Assembly: GCA_963850905.1 (NCBI GenBank)
Contig: CAWKMU010000003.1
Coordinates: forward strand, 1,216,001-1,280,000
Origin: an uncultured Gemmatimonadales bacterium
GTDB lineage: Bacteria > Gemmatimonadota > Gemmatimonadetes > Gemmatimonadales > Gemmatimonadaceae
Length of the DNA: 64,000 nt
Direction of reading: 5' to 3'
The position numbers and the translations under genes were made by a program. Positions 33,281 to 44,036 of the stretch are shown here, piece after piece; the first letter of the stretch is position 1; the number at the start of each line of letters is the position of its first letter. Under the pieces are notes generated by a model. It searched no databases, was not told where the DNA came from, and was given only the letters and a program-made list of their open reading frames with translations.

Positions 33281-34642
33281 GTGGTGTCGACGACAGCCGC
33301 ACGCGCCTCCGGGCGTCCCGCTGTGGACATCCCAGGCAATCGCACGGCACAAGACCTGGCCGACCTGCTCACCGAGGTCCGGCAGCGCACGATCCAACTC
33401 GTCGCCCCGTTGGCGGGGGACGATGCCGTCGCTCAGCACGATCCGCTGATGAGCCCGGTCGTTTGGGACCTGGGGCACATCGGTCGCTTCGAAGAGCTCT
33501 GGCTATTGCGGCATCTCGAGGGCCCGTTCGAGAGCGCTGCACCGCTCTCGGAGATGCCCGGCACATTCAATCCATTCGAACATCCGCGACGTACGCGTGG
33601 GGCGCTCGCGCTGCCCGACCTCCATGCGGCGTTGGACATGCTGGCGGACATCCGGCAGCAGGTGATCGACCGCCTGGCTCACATCGAGCTCGGACATGAT
33701 GCGCCACCGTTGACGCGCGACGGCTACGTCTACCGCATGGTCGCACAACACGAAGCGCAGCACGTCGAGACGATCCTGCAGACCTTGCAGCTCAAGCGCG
33801 GTGAGCCCTATCACCCGGTACATCGCGCGAGCGTGCCCCGGGGGCGACGAATCGATACGAACATGGTTCGGTTTCCTGGCGGCCGGGTCCGCGTCGGCAC
33901 GGACGATCGGCGTGCCGCCTACGACAATGAGCGGCCGAGCCACGACGTCGACGTCGCCGCCTTTGACGTTGATGCCACTCCCGTCACGAACGGCGCCTAC
34001 CTCGAATTCATGGCAGCCGGCGGCTACAGCGACGAGCGGTGGTGGTTGCCCGACGGCCGTGCGTGGTTGCAAGAATCCGGCGCTGGCGCACCAAAGTATT
34101 GGTACCGCGCCCACGGCGACTGGTGGACGCGATCCATGGACCAGAGCGCGCCGGTCGACCCGCTGCATCCGGTCGTGCACGTCTGCTACTACGAGGCCGA
34201 CGCGTTCGCCAGATGGTCGGGCAAACGCTTGCCGACAGAGCTCGAATGGGAGGCCGCGGCAACGTGGGACCCCCGTACCCGCACGCAGCATCCGTGGCCA
34301 TGGGGTCGCACGCCGCTCGGTCCCGCGATTGCCAATGTCGATCAGGTGATGTTCGGGACAGCACCCGTCGGCGCATATCCACAGAATGTCTCCCCGATCG
34401 GATGTTACGGCATGATCGGTGACGTGTGGGAGTGGACATCGAGCGATTTCGGTCCGTACCCGCGGTACGTAACGTTTCCCTATCGGGAGTATTCCGAGGC
34501 GTTCTTCGGCTCGGAGTACAAAGTGCTGCGTGGCGGTTCCTGGGCGACGAGCGCGATTGTCGGACGGAGCACCTTCCGCAACTGGGACTACCCGATCCGG
34601 CGGCAGATCTTCAGCGGATTTCGGTGCGTGCGTGATGCTTGA
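33281..34642 (+). CDS. egtB: Ergothioneine biosynthesis sulfoxide synthase (type I, gamma-Glu-Cys-dependent-like)
   Basis: DinB-like SP..WDLGH and QHEAQHVE Fe ligands, HPRRTR, FGE-like domain with VWEWT and RNWDYPIRRQIFSGFR. Confidence 0.95.
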   Translation: MVSTTAARASGRPAVDIPGNRTAQDLADLLTEVRQRTIQLVAPLAGDDAVAQHDPLMSPVVWDLGHIGRFEELWLLRHLEGPFESAAPLSEMPGTFNPFEHPRRTRGALALPDLHAALDMLADIRQQVIDRLAHIELGHDAPPLTRDGYVYRMVAQHEAQHVETILQTLQLKRGEPYHPVHRASVPRGRRIDTNMVRFPGGRVRVGTDDRRAAYDNERPSHDVDVAAFDVDATPVTNGAYLEFMAAGGYSDERWWLPDGRAWLQESGAGAPKYWYRAHGDWWTRSMDQSAPVDPLHPVVHVCYYEADAFARWSGKRLPTELEWEAAATWDPRTRTQHPWPWGRTPLGPAIANVDQVMFGTAPVGAYPQNVSPIGCYGMIGDVWEWTSSDFGPYPRYVTFPYREYSEAFFGSEYKVLRGGSWATSAIVGRSTFRNWDYPIRRQIFSGFRCVRDA

Positions 34643-35630
34643 TGTCCGAGAGGGTCACTGGCATGCCCCGCGCCCGATGCGTCAGGGCAGTCTGGCGATG
34701 CTGGTCGATGTGCAGCGCGGACTCTTCGACACGGGCCCCGACGGCCAGCGTGAGCTGCCGCCCAAGTATTTCTATGATCATCGCGGCTCGACGCTGTTCG
34801 AGGAGATCACTCGCCTGCCGGAGTATTACCTCACGCGGACTGAGCGCGCATTGCTGCGTGCACGGATGCCGGTGTGGATGGCGGAGATTCAGCCACGCGC
34901 GCTCGTCGAGCTTGGCGCCGGCAGCGCAGACAAGACCCGGACGATTCTCGATGCCATGCAGCGGGTGCAACCGGCGATCGTGTACGTGCCCGTCGACGTC
35001 AGCGTCACCTTCCTCGATGAAACGACGGCCCGATTACGGCGCCAGTACCCCGGCATCGAGATCCGACCTCTGGTCGCGGACTTCGCCGCCGCGCGCCGGC
35101 TGCCGCTCGCAGTCCCCCACCCCGTGTTGACCGCCTTTCTCGGGAGCACGATCGGCAATCTCGAGGATAGCGATGCTGTCAGTGTCCTGGGTGCGCTTCG
35201 CGACGGCATGCACCCCGACGATCGTTTGCTGCTCGGTGCCGACCTGGTGAAAGATCCGGCCGTCATCGAGGCGGCATACAACGATCGCCTCGGCGTGACC
35301 GCCGCGTTCAATCGGAACATGCTTCTCGTCCTGAACGCAGAGCTGGGCGCAGACTTCGACCCCTCGGCGTTCGCGCATCGGGCGTTCTTCAACGCAGGAG
35401 CCGGCCGTATCGAGATGCATCTGGTCGCGACTGCGGACCAGCGGGTTCACATTCCAAGCCTTGGCGCGACGACGATCCCGCGCGGCGAATCCATCCGCAC
35501 GGAGATCAGCAACAAGTACACGCGAGACCGCGTGACCGCGCTCCTGGCCGATGCAGGTCTCGACATCAGGGTGTGGGACACGGACGATGCGGGCGGGTAT
35601 GCGCTCCTGCTCGCGGGGCCTCGCGACTGA
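34635..35630 (+). CDS. egtD: L-histidine N-alpha-trimethyltransferase
   Basis: PKYFYD..GS.LFEEIT.LPEYYLTRTE, ELGAGS, FLGSTIGN, AYND..GVTAAFN, RTEIS.KY. Confidence 0.95.
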   Translation: MLDVREGHWHAPRPMRQGSLAMLVDVQRGLFDTGPDGQRELPPKYFYDHRGSTLFEEITRLPEYYLTRTERALLRARMPVWMAEIQPRALVELGAGSADKTRTILDAMQRVQPAIVYVPVDVSVTFLDETTARLRRQYPGIEIRPLVADFAAARRLPLAVPHPVLTAFLGSTIGNLEDSDAVSVLGALRDGMHPDDRLLLGADLVKDPAVIEAAYNDRLGVTAAFNRNMLLVLNAELGADFDPSAFAHRAFFNAGAGRIEMHLVATADQRVHIPSLGATTIPRGESIRTEISNKYTRDRVTALLADAGLDIRVWDTDDAGGYALLLAGPRD

Positions 35631-35632
35631 GG

Positions 35633-36974
35633 ATGCGTCCCAAGCCGACGCGCACCCCGTCCGCCAACCGGTGCCGCGCGCTGTTCGCGCCCGGCGACCC
35701 GGGTGTGCGAGAGCAGATCGGGCTCGAGCTCGAGTTCATCCCGGTCGATGCGGTCACGCGGCGCCGGTGCCCGATCGACGAACCCGCAGCAGGCGATGGC
35801 GAACGGCCACGCGCGACGCTCCCGATCTTGCGCGAAACCGCTGCTGCCGAGGGATGGTCGGAGCGCCCGTCTCCGTACGGCGCGCCGGTGTTCGTCGCGC
35901 CGGACGGTGCCGTCATCAGCTACGAACCCGGGGGACAGATCGAATACAGCGCCGCCCCGGCGACGGCGATCTCCACCGTCCTGGCGCGAATGGAGACCAC
36001 GGCGGCAACGCTCGCCGCGAGAGCCGAGCGCGCCGGCATCGAGTTATTGATCACCGGGATCGACCCTTACAACCCGATCGACATGGTGCCGCTCGAGCTG
36101 CGTGGCGAGCGCTACACCTCGATGGATCGGTATTTTGCGGCGATCGGTTCGGCAGGGGCCTGTATGATGCGCCAGACAGCGGCGTGTCAAATTACCCTCG
36201 ACGCGGGCCCGCATCCGGTGGCCCGTTGGCGGTTGCTCAGTGCGGTGGCCCCGTATGTGACGGCGCTGTTCGCCAACTCGCCGCGATACGCTGGCGCGTT
36301 GACGGGATGCGCGAGCACGCGCGCGCACGTCTGGCGACACGTCGACCCCGCGCGCACCGGATTGCCCGGCGCGGCGGCGGATGACCCGGCGGCCGCATAC
36401 GAGGCGTTCGCGCTCGCCGCACCAGGCATCTCTGCGTCGGGCGAAAGACGGCGAATACAAGTCCTTCGAGACCTTATTGGCGGACGGAGATGCGACAGAA
36501 GCCGACTGGGGCCCGCACTTGACGACGTTGTTCCCGGAGGTGCGTCCGCGCCGCATGGGAGGGGTCGCGACGTTCGAATTGCGGTCGGCGGACGCGGTGC
36601 CGCTCGAATGGTGCGCGGCCTTCGCTGTTTTCGTTGTCGGGCTCACGCGCGACCGCGCGGCCGCCGCGGAGGCATCCGCCCTCCTCGGTGCGCCCCACAC
36701 GACGCTGCTCGCGCGGGCGGCACAATTCGGTCTGGCCGATCCGGCGATCCGTCGCACGGCTGCCGAGCTGTATCTATTGGGGCTCGAAGGGGCGATCCGG
36801 CTCGGCGATCACGTCGTCGGCGGCCGCGAGCGCGAGCGGGCGGAGGATTTTGGGCGCCGCCACGTGCTGACCGGCTGCGCCCTCGACACGGACGCGGGCA
36901 TCGGTTTCGGCCGCGGCACGCGGCGATCCACGACAACGAGACACAGCGAGACAAAGGCCACTGCAACCGGCTGA
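35633..36974 (+). CDS. egtA: Glutamate-cysteine ligase (GCS2/EgtA); frameshift at ~36431
   Basis: IGLELE, SYEPGGQIEYS, MMRQTAACQI, ALFANSP, then HLTTLFPEVRPR...ELRSAD in the next frame. Confidence 0.88.
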
Positions 36975-36978
36975 ACAG

Positions 36979-37707
36979 GTGGCGGCGCTCAGCGCCGTCG
37001 GGGTCTCGAAACGGTACGGGACGGTGCAGGCGCTGGATCACGTGACGCTCGACGTGGCACACGGCGAGTGCCTGGCACTCATCGGCGAGAGCGGGTCCGG
37101 CAAGACAACCCTCTTGCGAATGTTCAACCGGATGGCGGAGCCCGACGCGGGCACCATTCTGGTGGACGGTCGCGCAGCGCAGGACACAGACGCGGTCAGG
37201 CTGCGACGACAGATGGGATATGTCCCGCAGGATGGTGGGCTATTGCCGCACTGGCGTGTGCGTCGCAATGTCGCACTCGTGCCATCGCTCCTCGGGATGC
37301 CAGATCCCGAGCGTGAGGCCGACGCCGCGCTAGACCTCGTGGGGCTCGAGCCTGCGATGTTCGCGGATCGCTGGCCGCGGGCTCTTTCCGGGGGCCAGCG
37401 CCAGCGCGTGGCCATTGCACGGGCGCTCGCTGCTCATCCGACGGTCATGCTGCTCGACGAGCCGTTCAGTGCGCTCGATGCCATCACACGGGTCGAGCTC
37501 CAGACGTCGTTTCGCGAACTGCGCCGACAAGTCGCCATGACTGCGCTGCTCGTCACGCACGATGTGCGGGAGGCACTGGCGCTGGGCGACCGCGTGGCGG
37601 TGCTGCGACAGGGACGCCTCGAGCAGATCGGCGCACCAGCGACGCTCCACTCGCAGCCCGCCACCCCATACGTCGCAGCGCTCCTCGCGCAGGGATCCAA
37701 CCATTGA
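36979..37707 (+). CDS. OpuA/EgtV-like ABC ATP-binding subunit
   Basis: GESGSGKT, LRRQMGYVPQ.GGL.PH, LSGGQRQR, LLDEPF.ALD. Confidence 0.93.
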   Translation: MAALSAVGVSKRYGTVQALDHVTLDVAHGECLALIGESGSGKTTLLRMFNRMAEPDAGTILVDGRAAQDTDAVRLRRQMGYVPQDGGLLPHWRVRRNVALVPSLLGMPDPEREADAALDLVGLEPAMFADRWPRALSGGQRQRVAIARALAAHPTVMLLDEPFSALDAITRVELQTSFRELRRQVAMTALLVTHDVREALALGDRVAVLRQGRLEQIGAPATLHSQPATPYVAALLAQGSNH

Positions 37708-39347
37708 TCGCGGGAGGAATCCGGCGGCGCACGCGCACCCTGCCGATCTCCCTGGCGGTCGTGGGTGGGGCTGCTGCGGCGAGTGCGGGGATGCATGCTG
37801 CGGCGGCCGGACCCGCGATCGATCAGCGGGCCACGAACGCACCGATCGTGGTGGCGTCAAAGCCATTTGCCGAATCGTACATCCTGGCCGAGATGTTCGC
37901 GCAGCTGCTGTCCGCTCATGGCCGACGGGTGGAACTGCGGCTCGGCCTGGGCGGGACGGATATCGCGTACGCGGCCCTTCGTCGCGGGGCGATCGATGTG
38001 TACCCGGAGTATACGGGCACCGGGCTCGTCGTCGTCCTGGGACTGCCACCTGCGCACGACCCGACGACAGTTTTTGCCACAGTCGCGCGCGAGACCGCCG
38101 CGCGCGACAGCGTGCGATGGCTGCCGCCACTGGGCTTCGAGAACACATACGCGATCGCGGTCCGGCGCACGCTAGCGGACTCGCTGGGACTGGCCACCCT
38201 CACCGATCTGGCGCGTGTCGGCGGATCCCTCCGTGCCGGCCTGACCGCCGACTTCATCGGACGTCCCGATGGACTTCCGGGACTCACCGCTGCCTACGGC
38301 ATCCATTTTCGGAGCGTTCGCGCGCTCCTTCCGGCCGTCAAGTATCAGGCGATCGCCGCTGGCGCCGTCGACGTCATCGACGGGTACTCCACGGATGGCC
38401 TCATCGCGCGGTACGATCTCGTCGTTCTGCAGGACGATCACCGCTTCTACCCGCCCTACCAGGCCGCGGCAGTGATCAGCCGACGACTCCAGCGCGACGA
38501 TCCCGCCGCCGCACTCGTGCTGACAGAGCTCAGCGGTCGCATTGACGACGCCTACATGCGCCGGCTCAATGAGCGGGTCGAGGTGACGGGCATCGACGCG
38601 GCCACGGTCGCGCGTGACGCGTTGGTGGCGCTCGCGCTCGTCGGACCGGAAGGCGCGGCCCCCCACGCCGGTCCGGGAGCGCCTGCGGAGTCGGCTCGGA
38701 CGGGCACGCGACTCTCGCTCCTCGCCTATCTCCGCACGCAGCGGGGCGTCATTGCGGCGAGCACCGGTCGACACATACTCCTCGTCGTCGCCTCGTTGGT
38801 GGCCGCACTGCTCGTAGCCCTGCCGCTGGGCGTAGCCCTGACGATCATCCCGCGCCATGCGGAAGGCGTGATTCGCGCGGTCGGCCTGCTCGAGACGATC
38901 CCCAGCATCGCACTACTGGCGTTCATGATTCCCATTCTCGGCATCGGCGTGGTGCCGGCCCTAGTCGCGCTCTTTCTGTATTCGCTGTACCCGATCGTCC
39001 GCAACACGTACACTGGCGTACGCGACGCCGACCCCTCGACCGTCAATGCCGCGCAGGCGCTGGGCATGACCTCCCGTCAGCTGCTCACCGACGTCCGCTT
39101 GCCGCTCGCGACGCCGGTGATCATGGCCGGCGTTCGCACGGCGGCCGTGCTGGACGTGGGCACGGCAACACTCGCCGCGTTCATTGGCGCGGGGGGACTG
39201 GGCGACCTGATCATCACCGGTCTGGCATTGTCCGACACGCGCATGATTCTCATGGGCGCCGTGCCGGCAGCGCTGCTAGCGCTGAGCGTGGACGCGCTGC
39301 TGGGTGGGGCGGAGCGGTGGGCGGCGAGGCGCTGGGGACGCGCCTAG
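37704..39347 (+). CDS. Fused glycine-betaine-family substrate-binding protein + permease (EgtU/OpuBC-like)
   Basis: SKPFAE, YPEYTGT, GFENTYA, YSTDG, FYPPY followed by TIPSIALL, PIVRNTYTG, AAFIGAGGLG. Confidence 0.92.
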   Translation: MIAGGIRRRTRTLPISLAVVGGAAAASAGMHAAAAGPAIDQRATNAPIVVASKPFAESYILAEMFAQLLSAHGRRVELRLGLGGTDIAYAALRRGAIDVYPEYTGTGLVVVLGLPPAHDPTTVFATVARETAARDSVRWLPPLGFENTYAIAVRRTLADSLGLATLTDLARVGGSLRAGLTADFIGRPDGLPGLTAAYGIHFRSVRALLPAVKYQAIAAGAVDVIDGYSTDGLIARYDLVVLQDDHRFYPPYQAAAVISRRLQRDDPAAALVLTELSGRIDDAYMRRLNERVEVTGIDAATVARDALVALALVGPEGAAPHAGPGAPAESARTGTRLSLLAYLRTQRGVIAASTGRHILLVVASLVAALLVALPLGVALTIIPRHAEGVIRAVGLLETIPSIALLAFMIPILGIGVVPALVALFLYSLYPIVRNTYTGVRDADPSTVNAAQALGMTSRQLLTDVRLPLATPVIMAGVRTAAVLDVGTATLAAFIGAGGLGDLIITGLALSDTRMILMGAVPAALLALSVDALLGGAERWAARRWGRA

Positions 39348-42300
39348 AATTTCCACGTTTTCGTGAAAGTCAAGCCAAGCACACCAGTCAGCGGCGTATC
39401 CTGGTCGGTAGCGAGCGTTGGCTGGCCGAGTAGATACAGTGGCTGGCCGCTGAGCTCCATGCTCAGACTCGGCGTGATCCGGTGGATCACCGCCGCTCCC
39501 GGTGCCACACTCGCTTGCAGCGATACGAACGTTCGCGGGGTCAGATACTTACCGAACTCGAGCTGCGTGTTCTGGAAGAACGTCTGAACGGCGTTGTTTT
39601 TGTTTTGTGCGATGTCGACGTAATTGTTGCCGACGACGATGTCGAACACATCGGCGTTGATCGCGCGAGCCACGTCTCCTTTGACCTGGTTCAGGAGCAC
39701 AGCGACCGCCTGCGCAGCGAGCTGGTTTTCGACGAACACGCCGGCGGTGCCGAGCGCGCCACCACTGGATGCGCTCGTCAGGCTCGAGCTCTGACTCGCC
39801 TGTGCGATGCCGTTTGACGAACTGCCGAAGGCCAGATACCTCAGGAGATCGCTCTGCGACAGCGGCGGCTGTTTGTTACTCGACAGGGCGAGGCGCAACG
39901 AGTCGACGTTCCCGGAGATGGTGACAATGATGGCGAGGGCTTCGGTGCCGGGCACCGGCACGGTGTACTGTGCGTTTGCGCTCACGGTGGGGTTGATGCT
40001 GGTCGAGCCGATGAACGTGGCAACGCCCTTGGTCAGAGTGAAGCGCTTCCCGAGGAAGCGGTACTCGCCGACATCGCTGCTGATGGTGCCGTTTATTACG
40101 AGCGCCTCGTGCTCGTGGTCGACGTGAAGGGTCAACGGTTCGTCCGTGTAGGCTCCCACGTTGGCGTCTTCGTTGCGCACCCAGGTCCCGCGGGAGACCG
40201 AGAACTCGACATCCATCAGGAGCCGCGAGAAGAGCGAGCCAGAGGCGGGCAGGAGTTGGCGGACGGCCGGGTGGGTCGTGTCGACCACATGATACACGAC
40301 TGGCTGGCTCAGATCGACGAGATCTTTGCCGGTCGAATGGGGCGAGGTAGAAGACGCCGCCGAGTATCGTCGTCGAGCCATAAATGTAGGGTGACTTGGT
40401 CGGACCGGCTACCGTCAGCTCGGCATCGACATCGATGCGCCCACGATCACGGTTGTCGAGCACGCGCAGGTCGTTGGCCGCCAGCTCCACATTCACGACG
40501 GGTACCGCGGGCTCACTGCGATCGAGGGTCCCTGATAGGCGGAACGTTCCGCCTGTCGCAGGTGTCCTCGCGGTCAGCGAGTCGATGACGACGGAGTCAC
40601 GGGTCAATCGGAGATTCGCGTCGACGGCATTGACCGCCATGCCGGTCGCGGTCACCCTGGCAGCGCCATCGACAATGGTGAGCGTGCCGAATGGTGTTGG
40701 GTTGCTGGTCGTTCCCTCGAGCGTGATGTGGCCGCTCACGTGCCCAGCGAGGTGCGTCACGTCGGTCTCGAACTGCGATGCCACGTCGAGTGGCAAACTG
40801 TCCATTTTCAATTCGCCGCTCAACGGCCGGTCGAGCAGTCGCGACCCGGTGGCGTTGCTGGCGAGGTTGATGGGGACAGTCGCGTCCATGATGGCGAAGG
40901 GCGCAGCCGGAGCGCCTTTGGGCGCCAACTCAACGTGCGTGACCAACGTCGCCGTGTCGTACGTGTACTCGGTGAACACGTTGGGCATTGGGACATTGCG
41001 CACGGAGGCACTCGAGAGCGAGGCGGTGCCACGAAACTGCGGGTTCTCCAAAGTGCCGGTGATATCAGCATCGATCGATGCCTCACCATCGAGCGGTTGG
41101 GCGAGCTGCGCGAGGGACGCCAAGTTACCGGCATGGACCCGCGTCAACTGGATGGAAAGGTGTCCGGACGTGTCCCCTTGGATCGGAAGCGTGCCGTCAA
41201 TGGCAATGTGCCCGGTGCGGTCGTCGGTCAACTCGACCTGCTGTACGACGAGTCCGGTCGTGCTCCAGGTGATCGATCCGGGATGCGGCGCGTGCCAGAG
41301 CGTCGTATCGAATTGGAGCGAGAGGGTGTCGTACTGCAGGTGCTTCTCGGTTGGGGTAATGCGGAACTGTCCCTGCAGGCTGTATCGGTGTGAGGAATCT
41401 TGGCGGACGATGACACGTGCCGTGCCTTCCGGTTGTTGATACGTGATCCGCGTGTTCATGCTGTCGAGCGAGAAGCCGCCAAGGATCGCGGAGTCGAGGC
41501 CGACGGTCACAGCGACCGGCGCCGATTGGCTCGGTCCCCCGATCCATTGGTACAAGAGCCGCGCGTGCCGAGTCTCGTTCCCCATGGCGATGACGGAATC
41601 GGCAGCCAATGAGCCGTGCAGGTCAAACCTCTGGACGTTGCCGGTCACGGTGCCGGTTGCAATCACGCGACCAGCCAGTGCGCCGCGAGCGATCCCCCGC
41701 GGTGTATCCACGACCAGTGTCGGCGCTGCTGTGCCTCGGATCGCGCGTTCGATTTCGGTCGAATCAGCGCGACGCGCAGAGTCGGCACGAGCACGCGTCG
41801 CAGCCTGCTCGAGGGCTGCGCCCCGCAGCGCCACGGTCGTGGTATCCTTAGGGAGAAAGCGTTGCCACGCGTGTAAGGAGTCGACGACGACCCGGTACCC
41901 CACGGTTCCCGATCGGCTCGAGTCGAGGCCCAGGACACCATGGAGGTCCGCGGTCGTCGCCAACGCGTGCACGTGCGCCGTATCGATGGTGAGTTGGCCA
42001 TCCCGGACGTGAGCGCGGAGCGCCATGGTATCGACGGTCACACTATCGACCTGCGATGCGCGGACGTGTGCCGTAACCGTCGCGACCATGGAGGCGGGGT
42101 GCATCCCCGTGCCCGTGGCGGTGATGGTCGCACTGAGACTCGTCGGCGGTCCGATCTTCGACACGGCGCGCGCGTCAAAGATGTGCGCGCCCAGAGTCAG
42201 ATCGTATCCCGGCACTGTGTCGCTGAGCTGGACGTGGCCGTCGAGCGTGAGCCCGCTCGAGTCTGGGGCGTTGACGATGCCGAGATGCCCGTGGACTGTG

Positions 42301-44036
42301 AGATTGCTCATGCTTCCCGACACGCGAATCCCGCCCTCGGCGCTGCCGTACAGCTGTGCCGCCGGCATGAATTTGCCGACGACCCCGAGGTCGACCGGGC
42401 GAAAATCAGCCGTCAGGTCCACGTGGTCCGGCTTGAGGTTGCCTTCCGATGCGTTGCCTCTCCCGCCGCTAACGGCAACCGATCGAGAGAGGGCCGCGGC
42501 CGTGGGCGACGTCACCGGAGCAAACGCGATGTCTCCTGAGGCGACGACGTGCGTCAGCGCGTCGCCATCGCGATGGACGAGGTCGGCGCGCCCTCGCATG
42601 GTCTGCCGTGTCGACCCATCGAGGACTGCCTGACCGGAGATCGTGCCGCCAATCGGCAGTACACGCGCGGCTGACGACGCCAGGGCAACCTGGAGTGGCG
42701 CAAGGGTGATGGTCAGGTTCCGCGCTGCGAATGCCGATCCCACGCCAACCTCGCCGCGAGCCATCACGCGGCTCGGCCCCGCGGCCGAGTCGTCGTACGT
42801 GACGTCGGCGTCGACTCTCAGGCCAGACAAGGGGCCGGCCAGCGTGCCGTGCCCGGAAATCGTACCGCGGCGCGGAATCTGAAGTGACGGCGCGAGTTGT
42901 TGCACGAGTCGCGTGTCGATCCCGGAGACCTGTAGCTGTGTGGAGTGGAATGCAATCGAGTCGCCGATCGCGAGACCGATGGTGCCGGTGGCGCGTCCGG
43001 TGCCACTCTGCACCGTCAGATCGCGCACCATGAAGTCCTGGTGTTTTCCATGTTGGGTCAGGTCAACGTTCGCGCTGAGCTCTCCAGCCTCCGGGACTTG
43101 CGGGTCGAGGAAGCGGAGGTCGCGAAGCGCCGCCGTCTGCGCGTGGATGGCAGCGTGTACGTCGCCAGATGCGAGCTGATACGCCCCAGCAGCGGTGATA
43201 TGGGACGACGGGAGGCTAATGCGGGCGTCGTGCCACCACAGGGAGTCCGCATCGAGCCAGAAGGTGCCGGCGAGGTCGTAGATCAGTGCGTCGGGTGGAC
43301 GGAAGATGGCGACGTCACCTCGTAACGCGGCGACTTCAAAAACCTTCACGGGGCTTGCCGGGTCGGCGAGGCGAACGCTCGGTGCCGAGACGGTCAAATC
43401 GTGCACCGCGATGGCCTTCTCGAATCCACCGGGGACGGATTCCACCACGTTTCGCGAGTTGGCGCTTGTCGCAACGGCGATGGCACTGTCGCGGGCGACA
43501 CCTCGCAACGTGGAGTCGGGGTGCCAGGGCGTTCGTACAGTGAGATCCCCGTTGGTCAGGAACACATTGGCGAGGCTGATAGCAGTTCCGAAACCGGCAT
43601 GGGAACTGGATGGAGCTCCAGAGGACGGGAAGATCCGTCGGTAGTTCCAGGCGCCGTCTTGCGACTCGGCCAGGACAATGACAGGGCGGTCGATTCGTAC
43701 GTCCGTGAATGCCAATCGCTCTTTCAAGATGTCGATGAGTCGGTAGCGGACTTCGGCGCGTTGCACCCTGATGAACGGTGCACCACTGCTGTCGCTGATG
43801 GAGAGGTTGGTCAGCACGACATGGGTGAGCAGATCGCCTTCGACACTGCCCAGCGCCACGATTCCATGCACGGGCCCACGCATCGCGTCGAGCGCGATAC
43901 GCTGCACTTGCCTGTGCCCCCAGGAGGAGTTGGTGAGCACAATAATGGCCACCGCGATGAGGCACACGACGGCGCCGATGACGGCGGCCAACGCGGCGAG
44001 GATCCGCCCAGCAATGCGTGCCGCCGTCGATCGCAT
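39344..44036 (-). CDS. tamB: TamB-like translocation and assembly module protein; frameshift at ~40336
   Basis: N-terminal TM anchor, long beta-rich AsmA-like repeats, DUF490-like C-terminus (YRFLGKRF, S...PPLSQSDLL.YL.FG, EFGKY) in frame 39344..40381. Confidence 0.85.

Noticed and set aside
33281..34642. EgtB homologue as selenoneine synthase SenA or ovothiol OvoA
   Set aside because: No senB/selD neighbours and no methyltransferase fusion; egtD and egtA are adjacent.
534..44036. Six broken genes as true pseudogenes or programmed frameshifts
   Set aside because: Both halves keep intact motifs with no other decay, no slippery runs are visible, and the lesions share a GATG context. Sequencing error is more likely, though unproven.
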